Of a stretch of 64,000 bases of DNA, positions 53,311-64,000 are shown one piece after another. The stretch is taken from NCBI GenBank assembly GCA_937929825.1, contig CALFUV010000004.1, forward strand, positions 1,042 to 65,041, in the 5' to 3' direction. This DNA comes from an uncultured Patescibacteria group bacterium (GTDB lineage Bacteria > Patescibacteriota > Patescibacteriia > Veblenbacterales > UBA10138). A program made the translations under genes and the position numbers. A model generated the notes under the pieces. It saw only the letters and a list, made by a program, of their open reading frames with translations. It did no database searches and was not told the DNA's origin. The stretch's first letter is position 1, and every line of letters begins with the position of its first letter.

Positions 53311-53755
53311 TTAAATTCTCACCAGATAAACAGACCAATGCTGGTCTTGATATATCAAATGAGCTAAATAAGTTGATAATTCAATATTAGGGTATCTCGT
53401 CTTTATCAACTCAGCTGCTTTTCGTAGCTCATTATAATGAAAACTATGCTCTTCATCAGAGTTTTTAAATTTTTGACTACCACCATAAGCTCCGCAGTCA
53501 GTATGATTGATAAGAACTATTTTAGAAACATGGTTGAAGTTTATCAGCAATGTCCAACTGACGGAGAGTAAAAGCGATATTGCTTTCTTCTTGAGTTGAA
53601 GCTAAATTTTTAACTCCTCCACCTATTACAACCCTATCGAAGCAGGAGGAATCAACCACTTTATCTTTAATAAGAAGTTCATCAATATTTGCTCCTCCCG
53701 GCCCTAAACGCCAGTCTATGCAGTAAAGTAAACAGGTTTTACAATCGTGTAACAT
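53311..53755 (-). pseudogene. Beta-class (Cab-type) carbonic anhydrase-like gene split by a +1 frameshift
   Basis: ORF 53522..53755 carries the CxDxR motif (CIDWRL). The overlapping ORF 53311..53550, in the +1 frame, carries INHTDCGAYGG (HxxCG). Together they recreate the beta-CA zinc-ligand layout, compare Cab CMDSRL...VGHTDCGM. The frame switch lies near 53528-53545. Confidence 0.45.
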
Positions 53756-53792
53756 TTTTATTTCCTTTTTTGTTTATGTTTATAATTATAAT

Positions 53793-54245
53793 TTATAATG
53801 TTTGTTGATTAGGTGTAAAATTTGGCTTTGTCCGACGCTTACGCACCACTTTCAAACGTGCTAATTCCTTTTCCAATTTAGCAGCCAAAGCAGCGTAATC
53901 TGTACTTTCTGCTGTTCGCTGTTGTTGCATAAGTTGACGGGCACGGACACGAGCTTCCTCAGCTCTCTTCTCGTCTATTTCCTCTGCCCTCTCGGCTGTA
54001 TCTGCCAAAACCGTAACTTTACTTGGACTAACTTCAATAAAACCACCGGAAACTGCCAAAAATATTTCCTCACCACCAATTCTTACTATCATCTCACCTG
54101 GCACTAAATTAGCCACTAAAGGCAAATGATCCGGCAAAATAGTAATTTCGCCCATTTCAGTGGGCAGAGTAATAGATTCAACTGCTGAGGCGCTAAAAAC
54201 CACACGTTCAGGAGTAGCGATTTGAAATTTAATAGTTTTAGCCAT
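53793..54245 (-). CDS. atpC: F1 ATP synthase epsilon subunit
   Basis: N-terminal beta-sandwich signature (ITLPTEMGEITILPDH), a C-terminal helical region, and its position after atpD. Confidence 0.85.
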   Translation of the reverse strand: MAKTIKFQIATPERVVFSASAVESITLPTEMGEITILPDHLPLVANLVPGEMIVRIGGEEIFLAVSGGFIEVSPSKVTVLADTAERAEEIDEKRAEEARVRARQLMQQQRTAESTDYAALAAKLEKELARLKVVRKRRTKPNFTPNQQTL

Positions 54246-54249
54246 TATA

Positions 54250-54582
54250 TTAAAATTTATTTTTATTTATAATAGAAAATTGATCTTTGGCCTCATTTAT
54301 CATTTTCAAAATACTATCATCTGATATTGTAACATTAGAAGAAAAACTTAAATAACCAACGGTATTTTTAACTAAAGATAATAATTGATCATCAGAAGTT
54401 TCGGGATTATTATTAACTATTCTAACTAAATCAGAGGCCAAATTAAAACAACGTATTTTCATAGAATTATCATCCATACCCGCAGATAATTTGTAAGCTA
54501 ATAAATCTGCTACTAAAACTACTGGCTTATCTGTTTTTTCTTTACTGTTATCGTCTTGATTAGAGAGTTGTTCTATAGTCAT
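54250..54582 (-). CDS. Hypothetical acidic protein (110 aa) inserted between atpD and atpC
   Basis: No recognisable motif. Tight spacing within the atp operon. Confidence 0.4.
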   Translation of the reverse strand: MTIEQLSNQDDNSKEKTDKPVVLVADLLAYKLSAGMDDNSMKIRCFNLASDLVRIVNNNPETSDDQLLSLVKNTVGYLSFSSNVTISDDSILKMINEAKDQFSIINKNKF

Positions 54583-54601
54583 AACTTATAAAACTATAAA
54601 T

Positions 54602-55978
<1,377 letters not shown>

Positions 55979-56035
55979 TTAATTAATGATCTTGAATAAT
56001 GAATTAATAATGATGTTAATATTTATAATTTGCAA

Positions 56036-56968
56036 TTATCCTTCAACTGCTACTCTGCCTCCGGTAATATCTGCCAGTTCTGCAGTGATAGCCGCCTGAC
56101 GCGCTTGGTTAAAAGCCAGAGTCAATGAATCTATCATCTCTTTAGCGGCATCGGAAGCATTGCGCATAGACATCATGCGGGCTGAATGCTCGGAAGCATC
56201 TGATTCCAACAAGGCTTGATAAATTTGTATTTCAATCAAACGGGGCAAAAGATTATTCAATACTTTTTCAGGTGATGGTTCAAACTTATATTCATAATTA
56301 AAGCGATTTTGTTTTATATCTTCCTTTACAGGAGTTGTTTGAGTAGCCCGGGCCTGGCCCAAATATTCATCCGATTCCTCTTCCATGGGTAATATCTGTT
56401 TAAGACGCGGCCTTTGGTTAACCGGGGAAATAAAATCTGTATAAGCAATGACTACGCGATCATATTTACCGGCCAAATAATCAGTAATAGCTAGTTTAGC
56501 CACTGGCGTGATTTCTTCAATTTTGGTAGTAATATCTGGCTTAGTAAACTCAGCAGTTATATCATAACCTAAACGCCAGGCAATATCTCTACCTCTACGA
56601 CCAATTGCTATTAAACTAACTGTTAATTCAGGCTCTAGCCGTTGTTCTTTGATAATATACTGATGAGCTTTATTAACCAGTTGATGATTAAATCCAGCAC
56701 ATAGTCCCCGATTGGAAGATACCAGAATAATTCCTAAACTTTTTACCGGATAACGTTTGATCAATAAAGAGTGTTGTGAAGAATCTGTGCGAGATGAAAG
56801 TTCAGTTAATAACTGCCATGCCAACGTAGCATAAGTACGGGTAGCTAAAACATTAGCTACCGCTCGCCTCATTTTAGCTGCCGATACCAGCTCCATCGCT
56901 TTAGTAATTTGACGGGTATTTTGAATAGAGCGTATACGCCTTTTAATTTCTCTAGTTGCCTGAGGCAT
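56036..56968 (-). CDS. atpG: F1 ATP synthase gamma subunit
   Basis: IKRRIRSIQNTRQITKAMELVSAAKMRRA N-terminus. Conserved C-terminal helix. Confidence 0.9.
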   Translation of the reverse strand: MPQATREIKRRIRSIQNTRQITKAMELVSAAKMRRAVANVLATRTYATLAWQLLTELSSRTDSSQHSLLIKRYPVKSLGIILVSSNRGLCAGFNHQLVNKAHQYIIKEQRLEPELTVSLIAIGRRGRDIAWRLGYDITAEFTKPDITTKIEEITPVAKLAITDYLAGKYDRVVIAYTDFISPVNQRPRLKQILPMEEESDEYLGQARATQTTPVKEDIKQNRFNYEYKFEPSPEKVLNNLLPRLIEIQIYQALLESDASEHSARMMSMRNASDAAKEMIDSLTLAFNQARQAAITAELADITGGRVAVEG

Positions 56969-57008
56969 ATTAATAAATTAAAAATTTAAATCTAAATATA
57001 AATACAAT

Positions 57009-58505
57009 CTACATTTTCTTAAAATCATCAATAGCTTGCTTAAGTCTTTCTTCTATCTCCGAAGTTAGTTCTTTATGTTCAGACAATTCTTTAAGAACGG
57101 CTTGACCTTTCATAAACTGGTGGAATCTTTTTTCCCAATCTTTTACCATTTCAACTGGTATATCATCAAGATAACCATTAGTCACGGCGTATAATATAGC
57201 TACCTGGTGTTCAACCGGCATCGGTTCATACTGACCTTGCTTTAAAATTTCAGTAACACGCTTACCGCGCTCTATCTGCTGTTTAGTAATCTCATCCAAA
57301 TCAGAACCAAACTGCGCAAAAGCAGCCACGTTTCTATATTGTGCCAAATCTAAACGCAGACGTCCGGCAACTTTTTTCATAGCTTTCACTTGCGCCGCAC
57401 TACCTACACGCGATACTGATAAACCAACATTTAAAGCCGGCCTTATACCTTGGTAAAACAAATCACTTTCCAAATAAATCTGTCCGTCGGTGATGGAAAT
57501 AACATTAGTAGGAATATAAGCCGAAACATCACCGGTTTGAGTTTCAATTATCGGTAAAGCAGTCAAACTGCCACCTCCATAATTTTTGTTAAGCTTAGCG
57601 GCCCGTTCTAAAAGGCGTGAATGCAAATAGAAAATATCACCCGGATACGCTTCTCTACCCGGGGGCCGTCGCAACAATAATGAAACCTGCCGATAAGCTA
57701 CCGCGTGTTTAGAAAGATCATCATAAATAACCAAAACATCTTGACCCTTATCCATAAAATACTCACCCATGGCGCAGCCGGCATAAGGGGCTAAGAAAGC
57801 TAAAGAAGCCGGATCTGATGCTCCAGCTACCACCACAGTAGTATATTTCATGGCTTCACGCTCTTTAAGTTTAGCTACTAATCTAGCTACTTTTGATTCT
57901 TTTTGACCTATTGCCACGTAAATACAAATTACATTTTGTCCCGCTTGATTAATAATCGTATCAATAGCCAAAGCTGTTTTGCCTGTTTGCCTATCACCAA
58001 TAATAAGTTCACGTTGCCCCCGGCCAATTGGAATCATGGAATCAATGGCTTTTATGCCGGTTTGTAATGGTGTATTAACACCCTGTCTGGTAATAACCCG
58101 CGGAGCAATACGTTCCACCGGATAAATATCCTCAGCTTTTATAGGCCCCTCGCCATCTAACGGTTCACCTAAAGGATTAACCACTCGCCCAACCACACCT
58201 TTGCCAACCGGAACGGAAAGAACTTTACCGGTTGACTTTACTATATCGCCTTCTTTTATTTCCAAATAATCACCCAAAATTATGGCTCCAACCTGACTTT
58301 CTTCCAAATTTAAAGCCACACCCTTAACTCCTTTAGAAAATTCCAACATTTCAGAGGCTAAACAATCTTTAAGACCGGCAATACGAGCGATGCCGTCACC
58401 CACCTCGATCACTGTACCAACTTTATCAGTACTAATCTTAGACTCAAAACCCTTAAGCTCAGCTTCTAATGTTTGTAAGAGAGAATTAGTATTTATTTCT
58501 GACAT
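57009..58505 (-). CDS. atpA: F1 ATP synthase alpha subunit
   Basis: Walker A GDRQTGKT. Typical alpha-subunit length. Confidence 0.95.
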   Translation of the reverse strand: MSEINTNSLLQTLEAELKGFESKISTDKVGTVIEVGDGIARIAGLKDCLASEMLEFSKGVKGVALNLEESQVGAIILGDYLEIKEGDIVKSTGKVLSVPVGKGVVGRVVNPLGEPLDGEGPIKAEDIYPVERIAPRVITRQGVNTPLQTGIKAIDSMIPIGRGQRELIIGDRQTGKTALAIDTIINQAGQNVICIYVAIGQKESKVARLVAKLKEREAMKYTTVVVAGASDPASLAFLAPYAGCAMGEYFMDKGQDVLVIYDDLSKHAVAYRQVSLLLRRPPGREAYPGDIFYLHSRLLERAAKLNKNYGGGSLTALPIIETQTGDVSAYIPTNVISITDGQIYLESDLFYQGIRPALNVGLSVSRVGSAAQVKAMKKVAGRLRLDLAQYRNVAAFAQFGSDLDEITKQQIERGKRVTEILKQGQYEPMPVEHQVAILYAVTNGYLDDIPVEMVKDWEKRFHQFMKGQAVLKELSEHKELTSEIEERLKQAIDDFKKM

Positions 58506-58529
58506 AAATCTATTTATTGATTATATAAT

Positions 58530-58940
58530 TTAATAATTATCATCACCGGCCAGTTTCTTATACAAAGAATCAAGCCTGCCTTTTAAAGAACCATCATAAC
58601 GTTCATGGTCAAAAGTAATTACCACGCCGGCCAAAAGATGAGGTTTAACAGTACAAACAAGTTCCACTGGTTGACCAATACTCTTTTGTAATTCACTCAC
58701 TAAATTATCTTTTTGCTTTTTATCTAAATCACGCGGAGTGTAAATTTCTACTAATTTTAGGCCTGACTGAATCCTTTCTAAAGAACGTACCTCAGACAAA
58801 ATCTGATGCTTCCATTTAATGTGCCCTCGTCGCCAAACTAACCGCCAAAAATTACTTGCTATTTTTACCCGCTCCGCAGACGGCACAGATTGTGCGGCAG
58901 ATAAATAAACTTTGGCATAATCTTTGGGAGTAATTTTCAT
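58530..58940 (-). CDS. atpH: ATP synthase delta (OSCP) subunit, short form
   Basis: C-terminal LLAGVVITFDHERYDGSLKGRLDSL pattern. Position between atpF and atpA. Confidence 0.7.
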   Translation of the reverse strand: MKITPKDYAKVYLSAAQSVPSAERVKIASNFWRLVWRRGHIKWKHQILSEVRSLERIQSGLKLVEIYTPRDLDKKQKDNLVSELQKSIGQPVELVCTVKPHLLAGVVITFDHERYDGSLKGRLDSLYKKLAGDDNY

Positions 58941-59449
58941 AATTTTGACCTCCGGCGACCAACTTCTTCCACCGCCTCATTAATTAATCTGCTATCAACC
59001 TCAGAAACAGGTAATTTACCTATCACCTTGGTAAGTGCTTGTGTAATAAGCCTAGCCGCCTCTTGCCTTAAATTCCTCATAGCTTTATCTTTTTCAACAT
59101 CAAACCTTTGTTTAGCTTCAGCTAAAGTTTGTTCTGCTTCAGATTTCATTTTAGCAATTATCTCTTGACGCCGATTTTCGGCTTCTTTTTCAGCTTGAAT
59201 AATAATTTCTTGAGCTTGGCGTTTGGCTTCAATCTCAGACTGCTGACGTTTAATTTCTAAATTTTTTAATTCCTCTTCTATGCGCTTAGCTTCCTGCAAG
59301 CTATTCTCTATCTTACCGCGTCGATCATCTAAAAATTTAAGCAAAGGTTTATAAAGTAATTTATAAAGCACACCTAAAACAATCAAAAAATTTACCGCTT
59401 GAGCAAGCAATAATTTCCAATCAATGCCTAGTTTAGTTAATAGTTCCAT
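58937..59449 (-). CDS. atpF: ATP synthase Fo subunit b
   Basis: N-terminal TM helix, then a long charged coiled-coil. Confidence 0.8.
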   Translation of the reverse strand: MELLTKLGIDWKLLLAQAVNFLIVLGVLYKLLYKPLLKFLDDRRGKIENSLQEAKRIEEELKNLEIKRQQSEIEAKRQAQEIIIQAEKEAENRRQEIIAKMKSEAEQTLAEAKQRFDVEKDKAMRNLRQEAARLITQALTKVIGKLPVSEVDSRLINEAVEEVGRRRSKL

Positions 59450-59563
59450 AAAATAGAATTGAAAATTAGAAATCTAGAATTAGAGTATAATTTACAGCTT
59501 AAAACTGTCATCGCCGCTTCCGGCCCACCGATAAAAAGCAGTAAGCCGGGAAGCATCGACGAT

Positions 59564-59830
59564 CTAAACAAACTTAATAATCAAAGCCATAACCAAAGCA
59601 TAAATAGCAATTGCTTCACAAAAAGCAATGGCTAAAATCATAGCTGTTTGCACTTTGGAAGCAGCTTCGGGATTGCGACCAATTGATTCCATGGCCTTAG
59701 CGGCTAAACGACCTATAGCTAGGGCCGGAAAAATACCGCCAATGGCAATGGTAGCACCGGCAGCTATACTCTTTAAAGTTTCCGGATTTAGACTGGAAAC
59801 TGTTTGTACAAGTTCATTTTCTACTGCCAT
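59564..59830 (-). CDS. atpE: ATP synthase Fo subunit c
   Basis: Two-helix hairpin with a GRNPE loop and a carboxylate in the AFCEAIAIYALV helix. No Na+-site Gln is evident, so it is probably H+-type. Confidence 0.9.
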   Translation of the reverse strand: MAVENELVQTVSSLNPETLKSIAAGATIAIGGIFPALAIGRLAAKAMESIGRNPEAASKVQTAMILAIAFCEAIAIYALVMALIIKFV

Positions 59831-59960
59831 ATTTTATAGACCTTTCTTAAATACCTCTTGATTCCGCTACAGATGTATCAATTTTTTATATCTGTCGGTT
59901 CAAAAGGCGATTAGTGATTAGCGCGTTTTAGCTATTAATCTAACTAAAACGCGCCAAGCT

Positions 59961-60734
59961 CTAATCATGAGCATGTTCAACTGTAGCAATAGTCAGGAAA
60001 ACAAGTGTTAATAAAGAAAAAACCAAGGCTTGAACAAAACCAACAAAAACCTCCAAAAACAAAAAAGGTATTGGGGCCAAATAAGGCACCAGAGTTGCCA
60101 CCACTATTAAAAGAACTTCACCGGCAAATACATTTCCGAAAAGACGAAAAGAGAATGAAACAACTTTGGCAACTTCTGAAATAATCTCCAAAATACCAAC
60201 AAAAAATAAAATTATGTTTTGAAAACTAAAATTTTTAAAAAGACTGCCTAAATTAATATATTTGGCGGCCTGTTTAAAAAATCCAAGAGCTGCTATACCA
60301 AAAATCTGAGTGCCCAGCACGGAAATCAAGGCAATAGCTAGGGTGGCATTAAGATCAGCTGATGTTGATCGTAAAAAAGGAACCAAAACTGGATGACCGT
60401 TATGAATCTGATTAAGACCTATGGTGCCCACACCGGGCAATAAACCAATCCAATTAGACAATAAAACAAAAAAGAAAATTGTGGCAGTGAGCGGTAAAAA
60501 TCTTTTAGCTTGTTCACGATTAGCGGTCACACTTTCAATAAAAGACAAAGCTCCTTCTAATATAACTTCTACTACATTTTGTAAACCCTGAGGCACATCA
60601 GCTAATTGACGACGGCTGATTATAAAAGCTAAACCGCAAAAAAATAAAGAAACAATTAAACCAACGAGTAACGAATTAGTAAAAGCAAAAGATCCTATGT
60701 AAAAAAGCGGTTCAGCGGCTAGCGAGATATTCAT
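59961..60734 (-). CDS. atpB: ATP synthase Fo subunit a
   Basis: Conserved Arg context SFSFRLFGNVFAGEVLL. Confidence 0.9.
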   Translation of the reverse strand: MNISLAAEPLFYIGSFAFTNSLLVGLIVSLFFCGLAFIISRRQLADVPQGLQNVVEVILEGALSFIESVTANREQAKRFLPLTATIFFFVLLSNWIGLLPGVGTIGLNQIHNGHPVLVPFLRSTSADLNATLAIALISVLGTQIFGIAALGFFKQAAKYINLGSLFKNFSFQNIILFFVGILEIISEVAKVVSFSFRLFGNVFAGEVLLIVVATLVPYLAPIPFLFLEVFVGFVQALVFSLLTLVFLTIATVEHAHD

Positions 60735-60738
60735 ATCA

Positions 60739-61059
60739 TTATTGTTTATTCAGCTTCTTCTCGGATTTATTTTCCAAATGACTAACTGTCAAAGACGAAG
60801 AAACTATTACTTTAGTCTTTTTATAAACCAACCAAGTGGAAATTACAATGGAAAATAAAACTCCGCCAAGCAGTAACCAAGGCGAAGTAAAAAATACTTT
60901 ATCTGCTAATCTACCAGCCAAAGCTAATACCACTAACGGTATGGCTATAGTATAACCAAGCTCCCAAGCTAAAGACAAGGCCTGCCACATTGGCTTGTTT
61001 TTTATGAGTTGGTTATTTGCTTTAGACATGCAATTAAATTTATAAAATACAAACTTCAA
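60739..61059 (-). CDS. atpZ: AtpZ/AtpI-family small membrane protein at the head of the atp operon
   Basis: WELGYTIAIPLVVLALAGRLADKVFFTSPWLLLGGVLFSIV matches the AtpZ pattern (LG...G...G..LD....T.P......G...G). Confidence 0.55.
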   Translation of the reverse strand: MKFVFYKFNCMSKANNQLIKNKPMWQALSLAWELGYTIAIPLVVLALAGRLADKVFFTSPWLLLGGVLFSIVISTWLVYKKTKVIVSSSLTVSHLENKSEKKLNKQ

Positions 61060-61186
61060 GCGATAAATATAACTAAATAATAATTACTTGTCAATGGTAA
61101 TTTAAAAAAATGGCTAATATTAAAGAAAAAATGTCACTTCGTAAATTAAATAACAAAATTATAAAATAAAATAATGAATTTTTTCA

Positions 61187-62254
61187 TTAATCTTCCTTTA
61201 TCCCCCTAGGCTTTTCTAGCTGTAAGGGCTCAATACCTGAAGCTGAACCTGAGATCTTTAAAACATCTTTATCTACTTTTTTTAGTTCAACATAAGCGTC
61301 GTTATAGGCATTCACCGTACTACTTAAACGTTCCCCCAATTTTTTCATATAATCCTCATAACTGGAAAGATGTTTGCCTAACAACTCCACATTTTTCCGT
61401 ATCTCTTTAGCTGATTCTTCTATTTCCATTCCACGTAGTCCTTGAAGAACAGTCTGCAAATAAGCTAAAAAAGATGTAGGTGAAACAATAATTACATGAT
61501 ACTTTCCGGCCGCACGTTGCATAAGGTTCTCTGTATCTTCTGTTGTAGCTCCAACCTTGTTAATAAGTAAATCATAATAAATTGCTTCATGAGGAATAAA
61601 CATAAACGCAAAGTCAGTTGTCCCCTCTTCTGGTTTAATATACTTTGATGTTTCTACAATACGATTTTTTAAATCACCTAAAAAAGCTTTCTCTAGTCTT
61701 TCTTTTTCAGATACATCTCGCGCTTCTATTAACCTGTTATAATTTTCCAATGAAAATTTTGAATCAATTGGTACTATCTTCTTATCTTTTTTAAGAGAAA
61801 CAAAAACAGCGGCATCAACTATACTGCCGTCTTTAAATTGATACTGCATCTTATACATCTCGGGTGGTAAAACATTCTTCAATAAAGTTTCCAAATAATA
61901 CTCACCTAATACGCCGCGTTGTTTAGGATTTTTTAAAATATCCTGCAGACTTTGTAATTGATCAGCAAAATTAATCACTTGACGGTTAGTTTCATCAAGC
62001 TTAGTTAATTTTTCGGTGACATCGCGGATAATCTTGGCACTTTCTCCAAATTGACTCTGTAAAATCTTAGTAGACTCACCCAATTTAGTATCCAAAGTTC
62101 GCCTCATTTCATTAAGTTCGTTCTGTAACATAAGTAATGATTGTCCGTCGCCTGACTGCTGTGCTTGCTTTTTTAAAGTCAAAAACAAAACAATAAATCC
62201 AACTATAACAACTACTATAAAAACGAGCGCTAAAATAATAATTTCCCATGACAT
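61187..62254 (-). CDS. rmuC: DNA recombination protein RmuC-family
   Basis: N-terminal TM, a coiled-coil, and a C-terminal region FAFMFIPHEAIYYDLL...HVIIVSPTSFLAYLQTV that resembles the RmuC nuclease-like domain. Confidence 0.55.
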   Translation of the reverse strand: MSWEIIILALVFIVVVIVGFIVLFLTLKKQAQQSGDGQSLLMLQNELNEMRRTLDTKLGESTKILQSQFGESAKIIRDVTEKLTKLDETNRQVINFADQLQSLQDILKNPKQRGVLGEYYLETLLKNVLPPEMYKMQYQFKDGSIVDAAVFVSLKKDKKIVPIDSKFSLENYNRLIEARDVSEKERLEKAFLGDLKNRIVETSKYIKPEEGTTDFAFMFIPHEAIYYDLLINKVGATTEDTENLMQRAAGKYHVIIVSPTSFLAYLQTVLQGLRGMEIEESAKEIRKNVELLGKHLSSYEDYMKKLGERLSSTVNAYNDAYVELKKVDKDVLKISGSASGIEPLQLEKPRGIKED

Positions 62255-62275
62255 ACTTTTATTCTAACACTTTAA

Positions 62276-63049
62276 TTATAAAATTCCGAATAATTGACGG
62301 GCATTATAAGAAGTTGCTTTATCAACTTGTTCTAAACTAATACCTTTCAGGTCAGCAATTTTCTTAGCAACCTCCATGACATAAATCGGCTCATTACGTT
62401 TACCACGATAAGGCACAGGTGCCAAAAAGGGCGAGTCCGTCTCAATTAACAAACGTTCTAAGGGAACTAATTTAACTACCTCTAATAAATCTGATGATGA
62501 ATTTTTAAATGTTATTATACCAGTAAAAGAAATGTAAAAACCCATATTTAGCAAAGATTTAACTGTATGAGTATCACCTAAAAAACAATGGATCACTGCT
62601 CGAATATCCTGATAAGCTTGTAAAACTTGCAATAAATCATTATAAGCATCTCGACAATGCACAATTAAGGCTAGTCCTGCCTGACGAGCAATAGCTATCT
62701 GCGCCTGAAAAACTTTCATCTGAATCTGTTTTTCAGCAGTTTCCTGTCCCGGCTTAAGTCTAGCGTAATCCAAACCACATTCACCAACAGCCACTACCTT
62801 TTTTTGTTTAGTTAAGATGGATAATTTATCTAAAATTTGATCTGTAACCAAGCTAGCGTCGTGCGGATGAATACCTACACTTGAATAAATAAAATCATAC
62901 TCCTGCGCCAACTTCACAGCATAATTACTGCTCCTAAGATCAGTTCCCACATTAACTACAAATTCAAGTGTTTGTTGAGTACGGCTTAAAACTTCTGAAA
63001 AATCTGTCTGATAATCAGGAAAATCTAAATGACAATGACTATCTATCAT
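62276..63049 (-). CDS. tatD: TatD-family metal-dependent DNase/hydrolase
   Basis: MIDSHCHLDF N-terminal motif. TIM-barrel metal ligands (HCRDA, ETDSPFL). Confidence 0.85.
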   Translation of the reverse strand: MIDSHCHLDFPDYQTDFSEVLSRTQQTLEFVVNVGTDLRSSNYAVKLAQEYDFIYSSVGIHPHDASLVTDQILDKLSILTKQKKVVAVGECGLDYARLKPGQETAEKQIQMKVFQAQIAIARQAGLALIVHCRDAYNDLLQVLQAYQDIRAVIHCFLGDTHTVKSLLNMGFYISFTGIITFKNSSSDLLEVVKLVPLERLLIETDSPFLAPVPYRGKRNEPIYVMEVAKKIADLKGISLEQVDKATSYNARQLFGIL

Positions 63050-63602
63050 AAATTGGAGGTAATGTTACGGGTATTTCTATACTACCAGGCATATAAGGTT
63101 GAGTATAACGAAGGATATCCGGCAAAAGTGGTACCAAAATACCAGCTAAAACCTGAAAAGCCAAAGCTAGTCTTGAAGAGTTAATAGCCTGTGAAATAAA
63201 ATCTGGTATAGTTAAATGATTATTAACTAATATCAAGGCAAGCCCTATTACAAATATACCTTCAACTATACCCAATACTCCACCCGCTAAACGGTCAATT
63301 GTTTTAAGAAAAGGTAAACGAATAAGAACAGCAAAAGATTTATCAAACAAATAAAATCCGAAACCAACTAAACGATTTATTAAAATAAAAATAACCAAAA
63401 AAGCTACTAACTTTAACCAAGGACCTTGATAATTAAAAAGTTTTTCAATTGGCCCTGCTAAATTATAGTAAAAATGACCAGCCAACCAAGCTCCGGCCAC
63501 CGTACCCACCAAACCGCCGAGGGCGTGGATAAGTCCAAACCAAAACCCAAACCACAAAAAACCAAACAAACATATTAATAATATTAAATCTAATATTGTC
63601 AT
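63039..63602 (-). CDS. cvpA: CvpA-family membrane protein
   Basis: N-terminal pattern ILDLILLICLFGFLWFGFWFGLIHALGGLVG, typical of CvpA. Four TM segments. Confidence 0.7.
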   Translation of the reverse strand: MTILDLILLICLFGFLWFGFWFGLIHALGGLVGTVAGAWLAGHFYYNLAGPIEKLFNYQGPWLKLVAFLVIFILINRLVGFGFYLFDKSFAVLIRLPFLKTIDRLAGGVLGIVEGIFVIGLALILVNNHLTIPDFISQAINSSRLALAFQVLAGILVPLLPDILRYTQPYMPGSIEIPVTLPPIYDR

Positions 63603-63606
63603 GTGT

Positions 63607-64000
63607 TTAATTATTTAAACGAGGAAATAAAGGTTGAGATTTTGTTATTTTATTTTGCCTTAAAAATTTTTCCATCTTAATAGCAGTTTCAGGCATAAAA
63701 GGTTTTAAATACCAAGCTACATCTAAGAGCATGGTACCCCATTTATCTAACAATAGTTGAATATCGGCTATTTGACCAGTTCTAGCCATTACCCATGGTT
63801 TAGTTTGATCAATCTCTACGTCTATCTCTGCCAGTAAATTAAAAACAGCCAACAAAGCTTTATCAAACTGAAAATTTCTTAAATGATATTCTATAGCCTT
63901 AGCAGTACCGCTGGTATAAGCATTAATATTTTCAGCTTGATTGAATTTTCCTTGTCCAAACCTTTCTATCATATTAGTAACACGGGAAAAAGTGTTGCCT
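63607..64000 (-). CDS. metG: Methionyl-tRNA synthetase, C-terminal part (gene continues beyond the right edge of the window)
   Basis: Anticodon-binding-domain pattern (F..ALLAVFNLLAEIDVEIDQTKPW). The reading frame stays open upstream of the first in-window Met (…GNTFSRVTNMIERFG…). Confidence 0.7.
   Translation of the reverse strand, partial: GNTFSRVTNMIERFGQGKFNQAENINAYTSGTAKAIEYHLRNFQFDKALLAVFNLLAEIDVEIDQTKPWVMARTGQIADIQLLLDKWGTMLLDVAWYLKPFMPETAIKMEKFLRQNKITKSQPLFPRLNN

Overview
This 64-kb window is AT-rich and gene-dense, with no rRNA, tRNA, CRISPR array or mobile element that I can see. Most genes are housekeeping genes on the minus strand. It looks like a small, streamlined genome, possibly a Patescibacteria/CPR-like organism, though that is inference only.

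Recognisable blocks, in order:
- A truncated gene at the left edge (1-1754, minus) that is absent from the ORF track. It has an N-terminal HTH_17-like DNA-binding domain, one transmembrane helix and a long glycine-rich repeat region.
- mltG, pcm, a PAP2 phosphatase and mutM.
- A glycolysis operon gap-pgk-eno-gpmI-gpmI with two tandem iPGM paralogs.
- A ~750-bp structured non-coding region where frr would normally sit.
- pyrH-tsf-rpsB, then an ICMT-family methyltransferase.
- rpmE-prfA-prmC on the plus strand, ctc, and FtsW/RodA.
- dnaE, then a T-box-like leader with a Thr specifier in front of a thrS that lacks the TGS domain.
- miaA, gatB, and a dTTP-synthesis cluster tmk-folA-thyA-dut-kinase-dcd lying next to rplA-rplK-nusG-secE.
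- A B12-binding radical SAM enzyme diverging from a 927-aa orphan protein. That protein is compositionally atypical and has a GNAT-like C-terminus. This is the most likely candidate for a novel system.
- gyrB, pheT-pheS, and a DUF721(DciA)-like gene next to a UvrD-helicase/PD-(D/E)XK nuclease fusion.
- A beta-carbonic-anhydrase-like gene split by a frameshift.
- A complete F1Fo ATP synthase operon with one extra unknown gene between atpD and atpC.
- rmuC, tatD, cvpA and a partial metG at the right edge.

All coordinates for RNA elements and motifs were read by eye and are approximate to a few nucleotides. I could not run any homology or structure search.
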